A stretch of 51,740 bases of DNA, taken from a virus. Lineage: Duplodnaviria; Caudoviricetes. A program made the translations under genes and the position numbers. Of this stretch, positions 18,746 to 27,100 are shown in pieces; within the stretch, counting starts at the first letter, position 1; the number at the start of each line of letters is the position of its first letter. The notes under the pieces were generated by a model. The model was not told where the DNA came from and made no database searches. It saw only the letters and a program-made list of their open reading frames with translations. The stretch is taken from positions 1 through 51,740 of the IMG/VR virus record IMGVR_UViG_3300044940_000294; one strand, 5' to 3'.

Positions 18746-18962
18746 GGATTTAAGAAACCTATTGTTCGAAACTGTTGAAAGACTTTTGGACGAGGATAAC
18801 CCTATGGAAGTGTCAAGGGCAAAGGCAATAGCAGATGTCGCAGGTGTCATTGTAGATAGTGCCAAAGTAGAGGTTGATATGGCAAGAACAGTAAACGGCT
18901 TTACAGGTTCAGGATTTATACCTGTTGATAAGCCAAACGAAAACATAAAACTGCTCAAATAA
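18729..18962 (+). CDS. small phage protein of a type often found next to HNH genes
   Basis: MRNKIEDLRNLLFE..ERL.DE....EV.RAKAI..VA..IVDSAKVEVD. Confidence 0.75.
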   Translation: MRNKIEDLRNLLFETVERLLDEDNPMEVSRAKAIADVAGVIVDSAKVEVDMARTVNGFTGSGFIPVDKPNENIKLLK

Positions 18963-20092
18963 TGAATATTATTATCAATTCAGCCAGCTTATTGAAGCAA
19001 CTAAACGCCTTGAAAGGTGTTTTGTTAAGTAATCCTATCATGCCTATATTGGAGAATTTCTTATTTGATGTAAATGGGCAGAAATTGACCATTACGGCAT
19101 CAGATATGCAAAACACGATTACGGCAGAAGTAAATGTGGATAGTGATACAGATGGGCGTATTTGTATTCCTGCAAGAATGTTTATGGAAACCTTGCAGAA
19201 TTTGCCCGAACAGCCTATTACGATAAAAGCCAACTTAGAAACCTTTGCGGTGGAAATTGTGGCTAACAAAGGTCGTTACCGTTTGGCTGGGGAGGATTCA
19301 AGTGATTATCCTTTGCCGAGAACCACACAAAAAAGCACCAATTCTATTGAATTGCAGAGTGAAGTTTTGTCAAGTGCTATTGCCTATACATTGTTTGCAG
19401 TAAGTAAAGACGAAATGAAACCTGCTATGAATGGTATGTATGTCAATATTAAGCCTGACAAGGCAGATTTTGTAACGACAGACAGCTACCGTTTGGTAAG
19501 GTATCGTAGAACAGATGTAACGAGTGAGACCGAAATTTCGGTTATTTTGCCTAAAAAAGCCCTATCATTACTGAAAGGTGCTTTGCCCGACAACAGCATG
19601 GTAAAATTGGGGTTTACCAATTCCAATGCTTTTTTTGAGTTTGGCAATATGAAGTTAGTTTGCAGATTGATAGACGAGAGATTCCCTGATTACGAAAATG
19701 TCATTCCTTTGAACAATAGCAATGTCTTGACATTTGACAAAAAGGAAACCTTAGGGGCTTTGAAAAGAGTAGGCATTTACGCGAACAAAACAACTAATTT
19801 GCTCAAATTAAAATTAGATTTAGAGCATAGTTTTGTGGTATCTGCCGAAAATGCGGACTTTGAGAGTGAGGCGAGTGAAAATGTAGAGGCAGAGTATATG
19901 GGTGCAGAAATGTTGGTAGGCTTTCAATATTTCATGTTGGCGGAGATGTTATCGGCAATATTGACTGAAAACATCAAACTATCATTATCAGCCCCTAATC
20001 GTGCAGCTTTGATATTGCCACAATACCAAACGGCAAACGAAGAAGTTTTGATGTTGATTATGCCATTGAGTTTAGATGCATATAGGTACTAA
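18962..20092 (+). CDS. dnaN: DNA polymerase III beta sliding clamp
   Basis: 376 aa; PILENFLF, TDSYRL, RLIDERFPDYENVIP, LMLIMP. Confidence 0.95.
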   Translation: MNIIINSASLLKQLNALKGVLLSNPIMPILENFLFDVNGQKLTITASDMQNTITAEVNVDSDTDGRICIPARMFMETLQNLPEQPITIKANLETFAVEIVANKGRYRLAGEDSSDYPLPRTTQKSTNSIELQSEVLSSAIAYTLFAVSKDEMKPAMNGMYVNIKPDKADFVTTDSYRLVRYRRTDVTSETEISVILPKKALSLLKGALPDNSMVKLGFTNSNAFFEFGNMKLVCRLIDERFPDYENVIPLNNSNVLTFDKKETLGALKRVGIYANKTTNLLKLKLDLEHSFVVSAENADFESEASENVEAEYMGAEMLVGFQYFMLAEMLSAILTENIKLSLSAPNRAALILPQYQTANEEVLMLIMPLSLDAYRY

Positions 20093-20120
20093 TTTTTCAT
20101 AAATTGATAGTAAGGAACAG

Positions 20121-20148
20121 ACCACTCTTTTAGAGTGGTTTTGTTTTT
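20121..20148 (+). terminator. intrinsic terminator after dnaN
   Basis: ACCACTCT-TTT-AGAGTGGT followed by TTTGTTTTT. Confidence 0.7.
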
Positions 20149-20246
20149 CTTTATTTTCAAAAAAATAAATAAAGTTATTAATAAAATTAGTATCTTTATT
20201 TTGATTTAACAAATTAATGTATATATTTGCAACAAAATAAGATGTT

Positions 20247-20909
20247 ATGACGATTGGAAATAAGATAACCGTTACTTTTTTGAGCAGTATTGTAGGGTAC
20301 TTTCCTATCATATTGTTTTTAGTGTTGATTTGGATAGGCATGGGCTTATCAACTACCTTTTTGGTTGCAAGTAGTTTCAAGCAAAACATCTACTTGTATT
20401 TGTTGGCTAATCCTGAATACAAAGACGTAGCCCAAGAGTATGCCTCAAACATTGCCTTAGCATCGGGCGTGTCATTAGCTATTTTGTTAGAGGGGGGTGC
20501 GTTTTTATTCGTTATTCATAATTGGCGTATCATGTCTTGGGTGGCTGCTTTTATTTCAGGTAGCATTGCAGCGTTGGGGATGCTCAAAAACCTACCAACG
20601 GACATTTATATCTTTACCGATATAACTTCGTTTTCTAAGGTGGCAATTTTGCTTGTTTTTGCTTTGGCAGTCCCTACCTATTCAGTGAATTTCGCTGAGA
20701 TGTTGAATGAACAGTTAGATAGGGAGATTGCGGAATTAGGTAATAAGTCTGTAAAACAAGTCATGCAAGAGTATATTGCGATACAGTTAATAGCTGCATT
20801 AGGCATTGCGAAAACAACTAAAAAAGGTCGTTTTACAAGGCGAGATACGATACAAACACCACAAGCAGCAAGTACGGTTACACCTTATTTTTCAATTAAA
20901 ACAGCCTAA
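20247..20909 (+). CDS. multi-pass membrane protein
   Basis: 4-5 hydrophobic segments; own promoter box TATATTTG at 20222-20229. Confidence 0.7.
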   Translation: MTIGNKITVTFLSSIVGYFPIILFLVLIWIGMGLSTTFLVASSFKQNIYLYLLANPEYKDVAQEYASNIALASGVSLAILLEGGAFLFVIHNWRIMSWVAAFISGSIAALGMLKNLPTDIYIFTDITSFSKVAILLVFALAVPTYSVNFAEMLNEQLDREIAELGNKSVKQVMQEYIAIQLIAALGIAKTTKKGRFTRRDTIQTPQAASTVTPYFSIKTA

Positions 20910-20912
20910 AAT

Positions 20913-21611
20913 ATGATACAGATACCTGAAAATAATAAAAGAGAGGTTAAAGAAAACTTCTTTGCAACACTATCCAATAATTGGTTCAATGTATTTAGCT
21001 TTATTTTGGTTTGGTGGCTATTCAGTTTAGCCCTTAAAAAGCTATTTCCAATAGACTATATTTATTGTGTTTTGATGGTCTTATTCATTTGCGTAGTAAC
21101 AACCTTGTTACGTATCTCCACTACCCTATCGTTAGACTACGAGGCTTTTGTAGATGAGTACGAGCAGGAATACCAAGATTTGGTAAAAAGCAATGAAATA
21201 TTGTTAGCGGATAACGAAATACTCAAAACGAACTTTGAAACAATCAGAACGGATTTAGAGAGTTACGTAGCGTGGTACAAAGAGCAAAAAGCCAATAACG
21301 AGCAACTGCAAACACAACTAAACGAAGTTCAAAGCAAGATTAGCGATATTGAAACGGGCTATGAAGATGTAATAGCGGATTTGCAGCAAGAACTGAAAGC
21401 CAAAAGCGAAGTTTTGTCGAAGTTACAGCAAGACAACTTAGCTAATCTACCGAAATTAAAGCAGTGGGAAAAATTAAAAGATTTCTACTTTTTAGTAGAA
21501 TGCGAAATAGAGCCAATTACGGTAATGAATTGGAAAAGTTTCCTGAATACAATCAACCCTAAAAAGCAAAGGTTATTGGATAGTGGGGTTGATTTGAGTT
21601 TTCTACCATAG
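20913..21611 (+). CDS. two-TM membrane protein with long coiled coil
   Basis: Two N-terminal hydrophobic helices, then an E/Q/K/L heptad-rich region. Confidence 0.7.
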   Translation: MIQIPENNKREVKENFFATLSNNWFNVFSFILVWWLFSLALKKLFPIDYIYCVLMVLFICVVTTLLRISTTLSLDYEAFVDEYEQEYQDLVKSNEILLADNEILKTNFETIRTDLESYVAWYKEQKANNEQLQTQLNEVQSKISDIETGYEDVIADLQQELKAKSEVLSKLQQDNLANLPKLKQWEKLKDFYFLVECEIEPITVMNWKSFLNTINPKKQRLLDSGVDLSFLP

Positions 21612-21646
21612 GGTAAAATTAAGGACGCAAAAATAATTGAATAACA

Positions 21647-21856
21647 ATGGAACATACAACCTATACGATTGACTTGAAAGACAACGAAGTATTCGCAGAT
21701 GAATACTGTCGTAGCGAAAATATAACGCCTTTTGCGTTGTACTACCGATTAAAAAACGGTTTAATTTGGCGTTATGGAATACCTGAACGGCAATCAATCA
21801 TTATCATAGAAAAGGACACATGGACACGCAAAAAGAGTGGCAGAAAAAAGAAATAG
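21647..21856 (+). CDS. small putative DNA-binding protein
   Basis: ADEYCRSENIT..ALYYRLKNG; basic tail KKSGRKKK. Confidence 0.55.
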   Translation: MEHTTYTIDLKDNEVFADEYCRSENITPFALYYRLKNGLIWRYGIPERQSIIIIEKDTWTRKKSGRKKK

Positions 21857-22031
21857 TAGATACTAAAATGTATCATGTATTGAATTTATTTTAACAACAA
21901 ATAATGCGACAACTTTAAAAAGTTTAAAGAAATTTTTTTGCCCTAACCTATAAATATTTTAAATATTTTAAACAAATTTTATTAGTTTTTTCAATATCAA
22001 TTACTACATTTGCATAGTTAAATTTTTAGCT

Positions 22032-22700
22032 ATGCAAATTCCTTTTCACAACCCAAACAACTTAGCCCTGATAGATTACCGAAAGTTAGAGGGCATACAA
22101 GGCAATCTCAAATACCTTCCGATAGAAAACAGAGAAAAACTACTGAATAGCTTGCAAAAATTTGGTTTCTTTGAGCCTTTTCAAGTATGGAAAGACCAAG
22201 ATACTTACAAGTTGGTAGATGGACACGCAAGGCTCAAATTCTTTTTAGAGTACCAAGTTACGAACCAAAACAACGGCTACGAATTCCCTTATCTTATCGT
22301 GGAGGCAAAGAACTTGCAAGAGGCAAAAGAAAAGTTAGCCGTAATCAGTTCGCAATACCACACCATTACGCCTCACGGTTGGGAGGAATTTAGCCAAGAC
22401 ATGGACAAAGATTTTTTAGCAAACTCCGTACACTTTGATTTATTAGCAAAAGAATTGGCGGAGTTCGCCAAACAGCAAGAATATGTACCAACAAAAGCAG
22501 ATGACTTACCAATCATACCCATAGACAAAGACGACAACAGTTCTAAGGGGACATCTGTACCAATTATGAAGTTTGGCAAAACCACCATTAATATTACTGA
22601 AGAAGAATTAGACTTACTCAACCAAAAATTTACTGAATACACGCAGGAAACCAAAGTCCCTTACGGTTTCGTGCATTTCTTAATCAACCCTAACGACTAA
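22032..22700 (+). CDS. ParB/Srx-like domain protein
   Basis: L..SLQKFGFFEPF.VW...LVDGHARL; promoter box TACATTTG at 22005-22012. Confidence 0.8.
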   Translation: MQIPFHNPNNLALIDYRKLEGIQGNLKYLPIENREKLLNSLQKFGFFEPFQVWKDQDTYKLVDGHARLKFFLEYQVTNQNNGYEFPYLIVEAKNLQEAKEKLAVISSQYHTITPHGWEEFSQDMDKDFLANSVHFDLLAKELAEFAKQQEYVPTKADDLPIIPIDKDDNSSKGTSVPIMKFGKTTINITEEELDLLNQKFTEYTQETKVPYGFVHFLINPND

Positions 22701-24097
22701 TGAATTTTATAGCTAATTATCCAATTAAAGACCTTACACCAGCCTCTTACAACCCTCGTGAAATTACGGAACAAGGCTTTACAAAATTGCAGGAAAGTAT
22801 AAAGAAATTCGGCATAGTAAAACCTGTAATTATCAACGGTGCAGACGGAACACTCACCGCAGGGCACCAGCGAACCAAAGCCCTTAAAGCAATAGGCATT
22901 ACCCACGTACCAGCTATGCGTTTACCCTCTATTGGTAGGCACGATGAGATTAACTTCAACTTGCAACACAATAGAATAGAAGAGAATAAGAGTGTGGTCA
23001 TGGTACAAAATGCAAAAGAGCTGCCTTGGGGCTTTTCCGTAATTTCCCACAAGGATTACAAAGTAGAAATAACCGACAATGCAGCTATTATACAAACCAT
23101 TGCCAAAATGATAGCCCGATACGGAGATTGGGGTAGTTGTGTGATAGACGAAAACGGCTTAGTCATTGAAAATGCAGAGTACGCCGTTGCAGCCAAAGCC
23201 ACACATAGGCAGCTATTAGTGTATAAAATGCAAAACAGCCTAATTCCTGAATTTAAGCAATACATGAGGCAGGATTACGGTGAGTATAAGTACGAAAAGT
23301 TAGGTATCAAGCCCTATAACCAAACACATTGCCAAATGCACAGACTAACAGGGGGTAGGCAAAATAGTAGTACAACGTATGAAAACTTGGTACTGCCTAA
23401 TTTGGAAAAAGGTAAAAGGTTAGTAGATTTTGGTGCAGGGGAACAGGCGTATGTGAAACTCTTGCAACAAAAGGGCTACAAAGCCTTTGCTTACGAACCA
23501 CACCCACGTATTCAAGGAAAAATTGCGTTTGACATTCCTTTGGTGGTCAAGATGATAAGGGAGTTAGCCAAAGACGTAAAAGCAAATGGTTTGTACGATT
23601 ACGTAGTGTTGGATAGTGTCATCAATTCTATTACCACGATTGAATTTCAGCACTTAGTTATGTTAGCTTGTAATGCCTTGTGTAAAAAGAATGGTATATT
23701 TTTCATTGGGACAAGGGCAATGGAAAAGATAACTAAGCAGGAAAACGTGAAAATAGCTACTTCAACGCACCGTTACGTTGAATACTTTGATAAGAACTTA
23801 TTTACAGCAACTTTCCGTATGGGTGTCTGGACATTACAAAAAATGCACACCAAAGAAAGTTTTATCGAAATGCTACAAACCTACTTTGAGGAGGTAACGG
23901 TTACGAAAAAGTACGGTTCATCTATGCACCACGCTATTTGTCGTAAACCAAAACAGTTTAGTAGCGAGGAGTACCGAAAGGCATTAGATATTGAATTTAA
24001 CATGGAGTACCCAAATGGTTATAGGCACAACCAACAAAAAGAATTAGTAAACGAATTATTGTATGCCTTACATCAAAGAAGCCAAGATAACAGCTAA
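22700..24097 (+). CDS. ParB-like domain fused to a SAM-dependent methyltransferase
   Basis: PASYNPR...SIKKFG..KPVIIN...AGHQR; VDFGAGE (motif I), YEP, YDYVVLDSVINS. Confidence 0.8.
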   Translation: MNFIANYPIKDLTPASYNPREITEQGFTKLQESIKKFGIVKPVIINGADGTLTAGHQRTKALKAIGITHVPAMRLPSIGRHDEINFNLQHNRIEENKSVVMVQNAKELPWGFSVISHKDYKVEITDNAAIIQTIAKMIARYGDWGSCVIDENGLVIENAEYAVAAKATHRQLLVYKMQNSLIPEFKQYMRQDYGEYKYEKLGIKPYNQTHCQMHRLTGGRQNSSTTYENLVLPNLEKGKRLVDFGAGEQAYVKLLQQKGYKAFAYEPHPRIQGKIAFDIPLVVKMIRELAKDVKANGLYDYVVLDSVINSITTIEFQHLVMLACNALCKKNGIFFIGTRAMEKITKQENVKIATSTHRYVEYFDKNLFTATFRMGVWTLQKMHTKESFIEMLQTYFEEVTVTKKYGSSMHHAICRKPKQFSSEEYRKALDIEFNMEYPNGYRHNQQKELVNELLYALHQRSQDNS

Positions 24098-24464
24098 TTT
24101 TAAATACTTGTGGTTGAAGTACGTAAAGGGCTTTGACATAACGGAACATTGTGCGAAGTGCTTGCTTGGAGAGTACGAAAAGCAAGTATCTCCAAAAGGC
24201 ATTTTTACAGGGGATTTGCCTATTGCACCCTATTATTACTTGTGTGGTGTATCTATGCCTTTTGTGTGGGCAAACAATTTTCATTTGGCATTTGAGGCGA
24301 AAGAGGGTAGTACGTTGGTTATTGAAAGAAACGGCATTGTCTTAGTGATAGACAATGCCGTTGAATTGGAAATTAAGCCTCCTACTATACAACTTACGCA
24401 CAAAAAAGAGTTTACCACTTGTCGTAATTGGCAGTTTGCGGTAAATAAGGTTTTAGAGCAATAA
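24063..24464 (+). CDS. Cys-rich hypothetical protein of the ParB-MTase module
   Basis: HCAKCL, YYYLCGV, NFHLAF, CRNW; overlaps the MTase gene. Confidence 0.7.
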   Translation: MPYIKEAKITANFKYLWLKYVKGFDITEHCAKCLLGEYEKQVSPKGIFTGDLPIAPYYYLCGVSMPFVWANNFHLAFEAKEGSTLVIERNGIVLVIDNAVELEIKPPTIQLTHKKEFTTCRNWQFAVNKVLEQ

Positions 24465-24869
24465 TCTTTGTTCTTTTACTTCTTCCGCCTTTACATCTAC
24501 AATATTCTTATCCACTAACAAATCAATAGTTTCTTGTAAATTATTGATTTGTTCCTGCATAGAATTGATAGTTCTCCTTTGCATGAATATTATAGCAGCC
24601 TGTTCTTTTAGTTTAATCTGCAAATTAAGGTTTTCTTGGTACTTTACTAAGGTGTTTACTTCGTAAAAAAAGAAGTTAGCATCTAACTCAAAGGTAGTAA
24701 TTAACTTTTGAATAGTATGCAAGGGGGCATCTTGTCTATCATTCAAGTATTTGCTGATATTACCAGCATCTTCTTGCAACTTGTTAGCAAAATCTTCTTG
24801 GCTTTTAACTGTACCATTAGAGAGCAGGTACTGAAAAGCCACTTTAAACTTATTTTTGTGTTCTATCAT
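24453..24869 (-). CDS. HTH protein with coiled-coil C-terminus
   Basis: SQEDFANKLQEDAGNISKYLN. Confidence 0.7.
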   Translation of the reverse strand: MIEHKNKFKVAFQYLLSNGTVKSQEDFANKLQEDAGNISKYLNDRQDAPLHTIQKLITTFELDANFFFYEVNTLVKYQENLNLQIKLKEQAAIIFMQRRTINSMQEQINNLQETIDLLVDKNIVDVKAEEVKEQRLLL

Positions 24870-24901
24870 ATTTTATTAAAAAGGAGTGTAAATTTACATT
24901 T

Positions 24902-25381
24902 TTACCTTTTATTTAATTTATCTATTAACACCTTATATTTGTTTTCTAAGGTATTTTTTTCATTTTTAACATTCCTGTTCTCTATAATCATGTTTTTGAG
25001 GTCAATTAGTACCTCTCTAATGTCAAGATTTTTCAGATTGTCGTATTTATCCCTTGACATTTCCGACAAGACTTGTGCTGTTTCATTAGAGATAGGCAAA
25101 TCTTTGAAGTCCTCAATATCATTGATTTGGAATAGCATATTGTTGTACTTTTTCTCAAAATCTTCTTCTCTACCCCACAATAGGAAATCCACAGATACGT
25201 TGAATAGTTGGGCAATCTTGACAAAGTTTTGCAACTGCAAATTGTCGCCTTTTTCAAGGATAGAGTAGTTGGGTTGACTTACACCAATCTTTTCCGCAAC
25301 TTCTCCTTGCGACATTCCTGATTTTATGCGTAATAGTCGTATTCTATTTGCAATCTCCTTGTTATTAATTTCTTGAAACAT
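24902..25381 (-). CDS. XRE-family repressor (CI-like candidate)
   Basis: RIRLLR...MSQGEVAEKIGVSQPNYSILEKG...VSVDFLL.G; divergent from the replication operon. Confidence 0.85.
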   Translation of the reverse strand: MFQEINNKEIANRIRLLRIKSGMSQGEVAEKIGVSQPNYSILEKGDNLQLQNFVKIAQLFNVSVDFLLWGREEDFEKKYNNMLFQINDIEDFKDLPISNETAQVLSEMSRDKYDNLKNLDIREVLIDLKNMIIENRNVKNEKNTLENKYKVLIDKLNKR

Positions 25382-25452
25382 AATTTAAGTAGGTTAAATA
25401 TTTGCGCCAAACGTACATATTTTATTTTTAAAAAACAAGTTAATTAAAAACA

Positions 25453-25516
25453 AAATAAAGTTATTTAAAATATTTATAGCTTTATTTTGAATTGTGAAAT
25501 AAAGTATTTTACTTTG
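25453..25516. promoter_or_regulatory. repressor/replication divergent control region
   Basis: Perfect palindrome 25480-25504, extra half-site 25453-25460, TTACTTTG at 25509-25516. Confidence 0.7.
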
Positions 25517-25615
25517 TGCATACACTTTTGAACGGTGTATTTTTTTATACCAATGTTTATTAATATAATTAATATATATTGGTATATTTACAACAAATAT
25601 TACTATATTCAATTT

Positions 25616-27100
25616 ATGATAACTTTAAGACCTTACCAACACGCAGCTATTAACGGAGTATATCAACTTTTTGCTGAAAAAGTGAAAAGTGTTTTGGTGT
25701 GTGTTCCTACGGGGGGTGGTAAGACGACCATAGCAGCAGAGATAGTAAAAAAGGCCGTTATGAAGTCTAAAAAGGTCTTGTTTGTGGCTCATAGAGAAGA
25801 ATTAATTTTACAAGCCCACGCAAGGTTAGCAAAGTTTGGCGTATTGGGAGGCGTGATGATGGGCAAGCATAACCAAATCTACAATGAAGTTATTGTAGGC
25901 AGTGTGCAGACATTAGTGCGTAGAGAGTTACCGCAAAACATAGACTTAATCATAATTGATGAGGCACATCACGCTACAAGTAATAGCTATGTAAATATCT
26001 TGAAAAACTACCCTAATGCTTATGTCATGGGCTTGACTGCAACGCCTGAAAGAATAGACGGAAAGAGTCTGCAAAACATCTTTCAAGAATTGATTTGCCC
26101 TATTTCAATCAATTCGTTGATTGAAGAGGGCTTTTTAGTGCCTACCAAAACATTTGCAGCCAAAGATGCCCTCAAAGAGCAAGACCTGAAAGACCTAAAG
26201 ACGACAATGGGAGATTATGACACTGCCCAACTCTATAAGAAATTTGACAAACCCAAACTCTATCAAGGGGTTGTCGATAACTACCTCAAATTATCTAACG
26301 GCAAAAAGGCTATTGTTTTCAATATCAACTGCGAACATTCAAGGAAAACCGCAGAAGAATTTACCAACAATGGTATCAAAGCTATGCACTTAGACGCCGA
26401 TGTGGACAGTAAAACACGCAAAGAAATATTAGCGGACTTTGCAGCCAATAAGTTCAACGTGCTTTGCAACGTAGGTATTCTCACAGAGGGCTACGATTTG
26501 CCCGATATTGAAACTGTAATCTTGAATAGGGCTACTAAATCTGTGTCTTTGTACTTTCAAATGATAGGGCGAGGCTTACGACCAAACGGCAATAAAGAAC
26601 ATTGCATAGTCATTGACCACGGCAATAATTGGCTAACGCATGGTTTCGTTACGCATGAAAGAGAGTGGCAGTGGAAGGGGCGAAAGAAAAAGAAAGTAGG
26701 GGCTTTCCCTGTCAAAGAGTGTCCTGAGTGCCACGAAATAATGCACACTGTCAAGTCAAGTTGTCCCTCTTGTGGGTATGTATTCCCGAAAGCTAAAAGA
26801 GAGGATTTGATTGATGACTTTGTAGAAGTGCAACAAACGCCAAAGGTAGTGCCTAAAACCATTTCTAATGAACTCAAAAACAAGCCAATAAGGGAAATGA
26901 GTATTGAGGAATTGGAGGAGTACAGGACTTACAAGAACTATAAAATAGGGTGGATTATCTACAAGTTGCAAGAAAAGAGTAAAGGCGACCTGCAAACAAT
27001 GAAAGAGTTTTTGCAGTCATACGCTACTATGAAGAACTATAAACCTACGTGGGTACATATCCAAATAAAAAAAATTAAATATGGCAGTAACGTATTATAA
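25616..27100 (+). CDS. SF2 DEAD/DEAH helicase with Zn ribbon
   Basis: PTGGGKT, DEAH, TATP, QMIGRGLR, CPEC...CPSC. Confidence 0.93.
   Translation: MITLRPYQHAAINGVYQLFAEKVKSVLVCVPTGGGKTTIAAEIVKKAVMKSKKVLFVAHREELILQAHARLAKFGVLGGVMMGKHNQIYNEVIVGSVQTLVRRELPQNIDLIIIDEAHHATSNSYVNILKNYPNAYVMGLTATPERIDGKSLQNIFQELICPISINSLIEEGFLVPTKTFAAKDALKEQDLKDLKTTMGDYDTAQLYKKFDKPKLYQGVVDNYLKLSNGKKAIVFNINCEHSRKTAEEFTNNGIKAMHLDADVDSKTRKEILADFAANKFNVLCNVGILTEGYDLPDIETVILNRATKSVSLYFQMIGRGLRPNGNKEHCIVIDHGNNWLTHGFVTHEREWQWKGRKKKKVGAFPVKECPECHEIMHTVKSSCPSCGYVFPKAKREDLIDDFVEVQQTPKVVPKTISNELKNKPIREMSIEELEEYRTYKNYKIGWIIYKLQEKSKGDLQTMKEFLQSYATMKNYKPTWVHIQIKKIKYGSNVL

Noticed and set aside
22032-24097. Plasmid-type ParABS partition system
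   Set aside because: No ParA ATPase in the window, and the second ParB domain is fused to a methyltransferase
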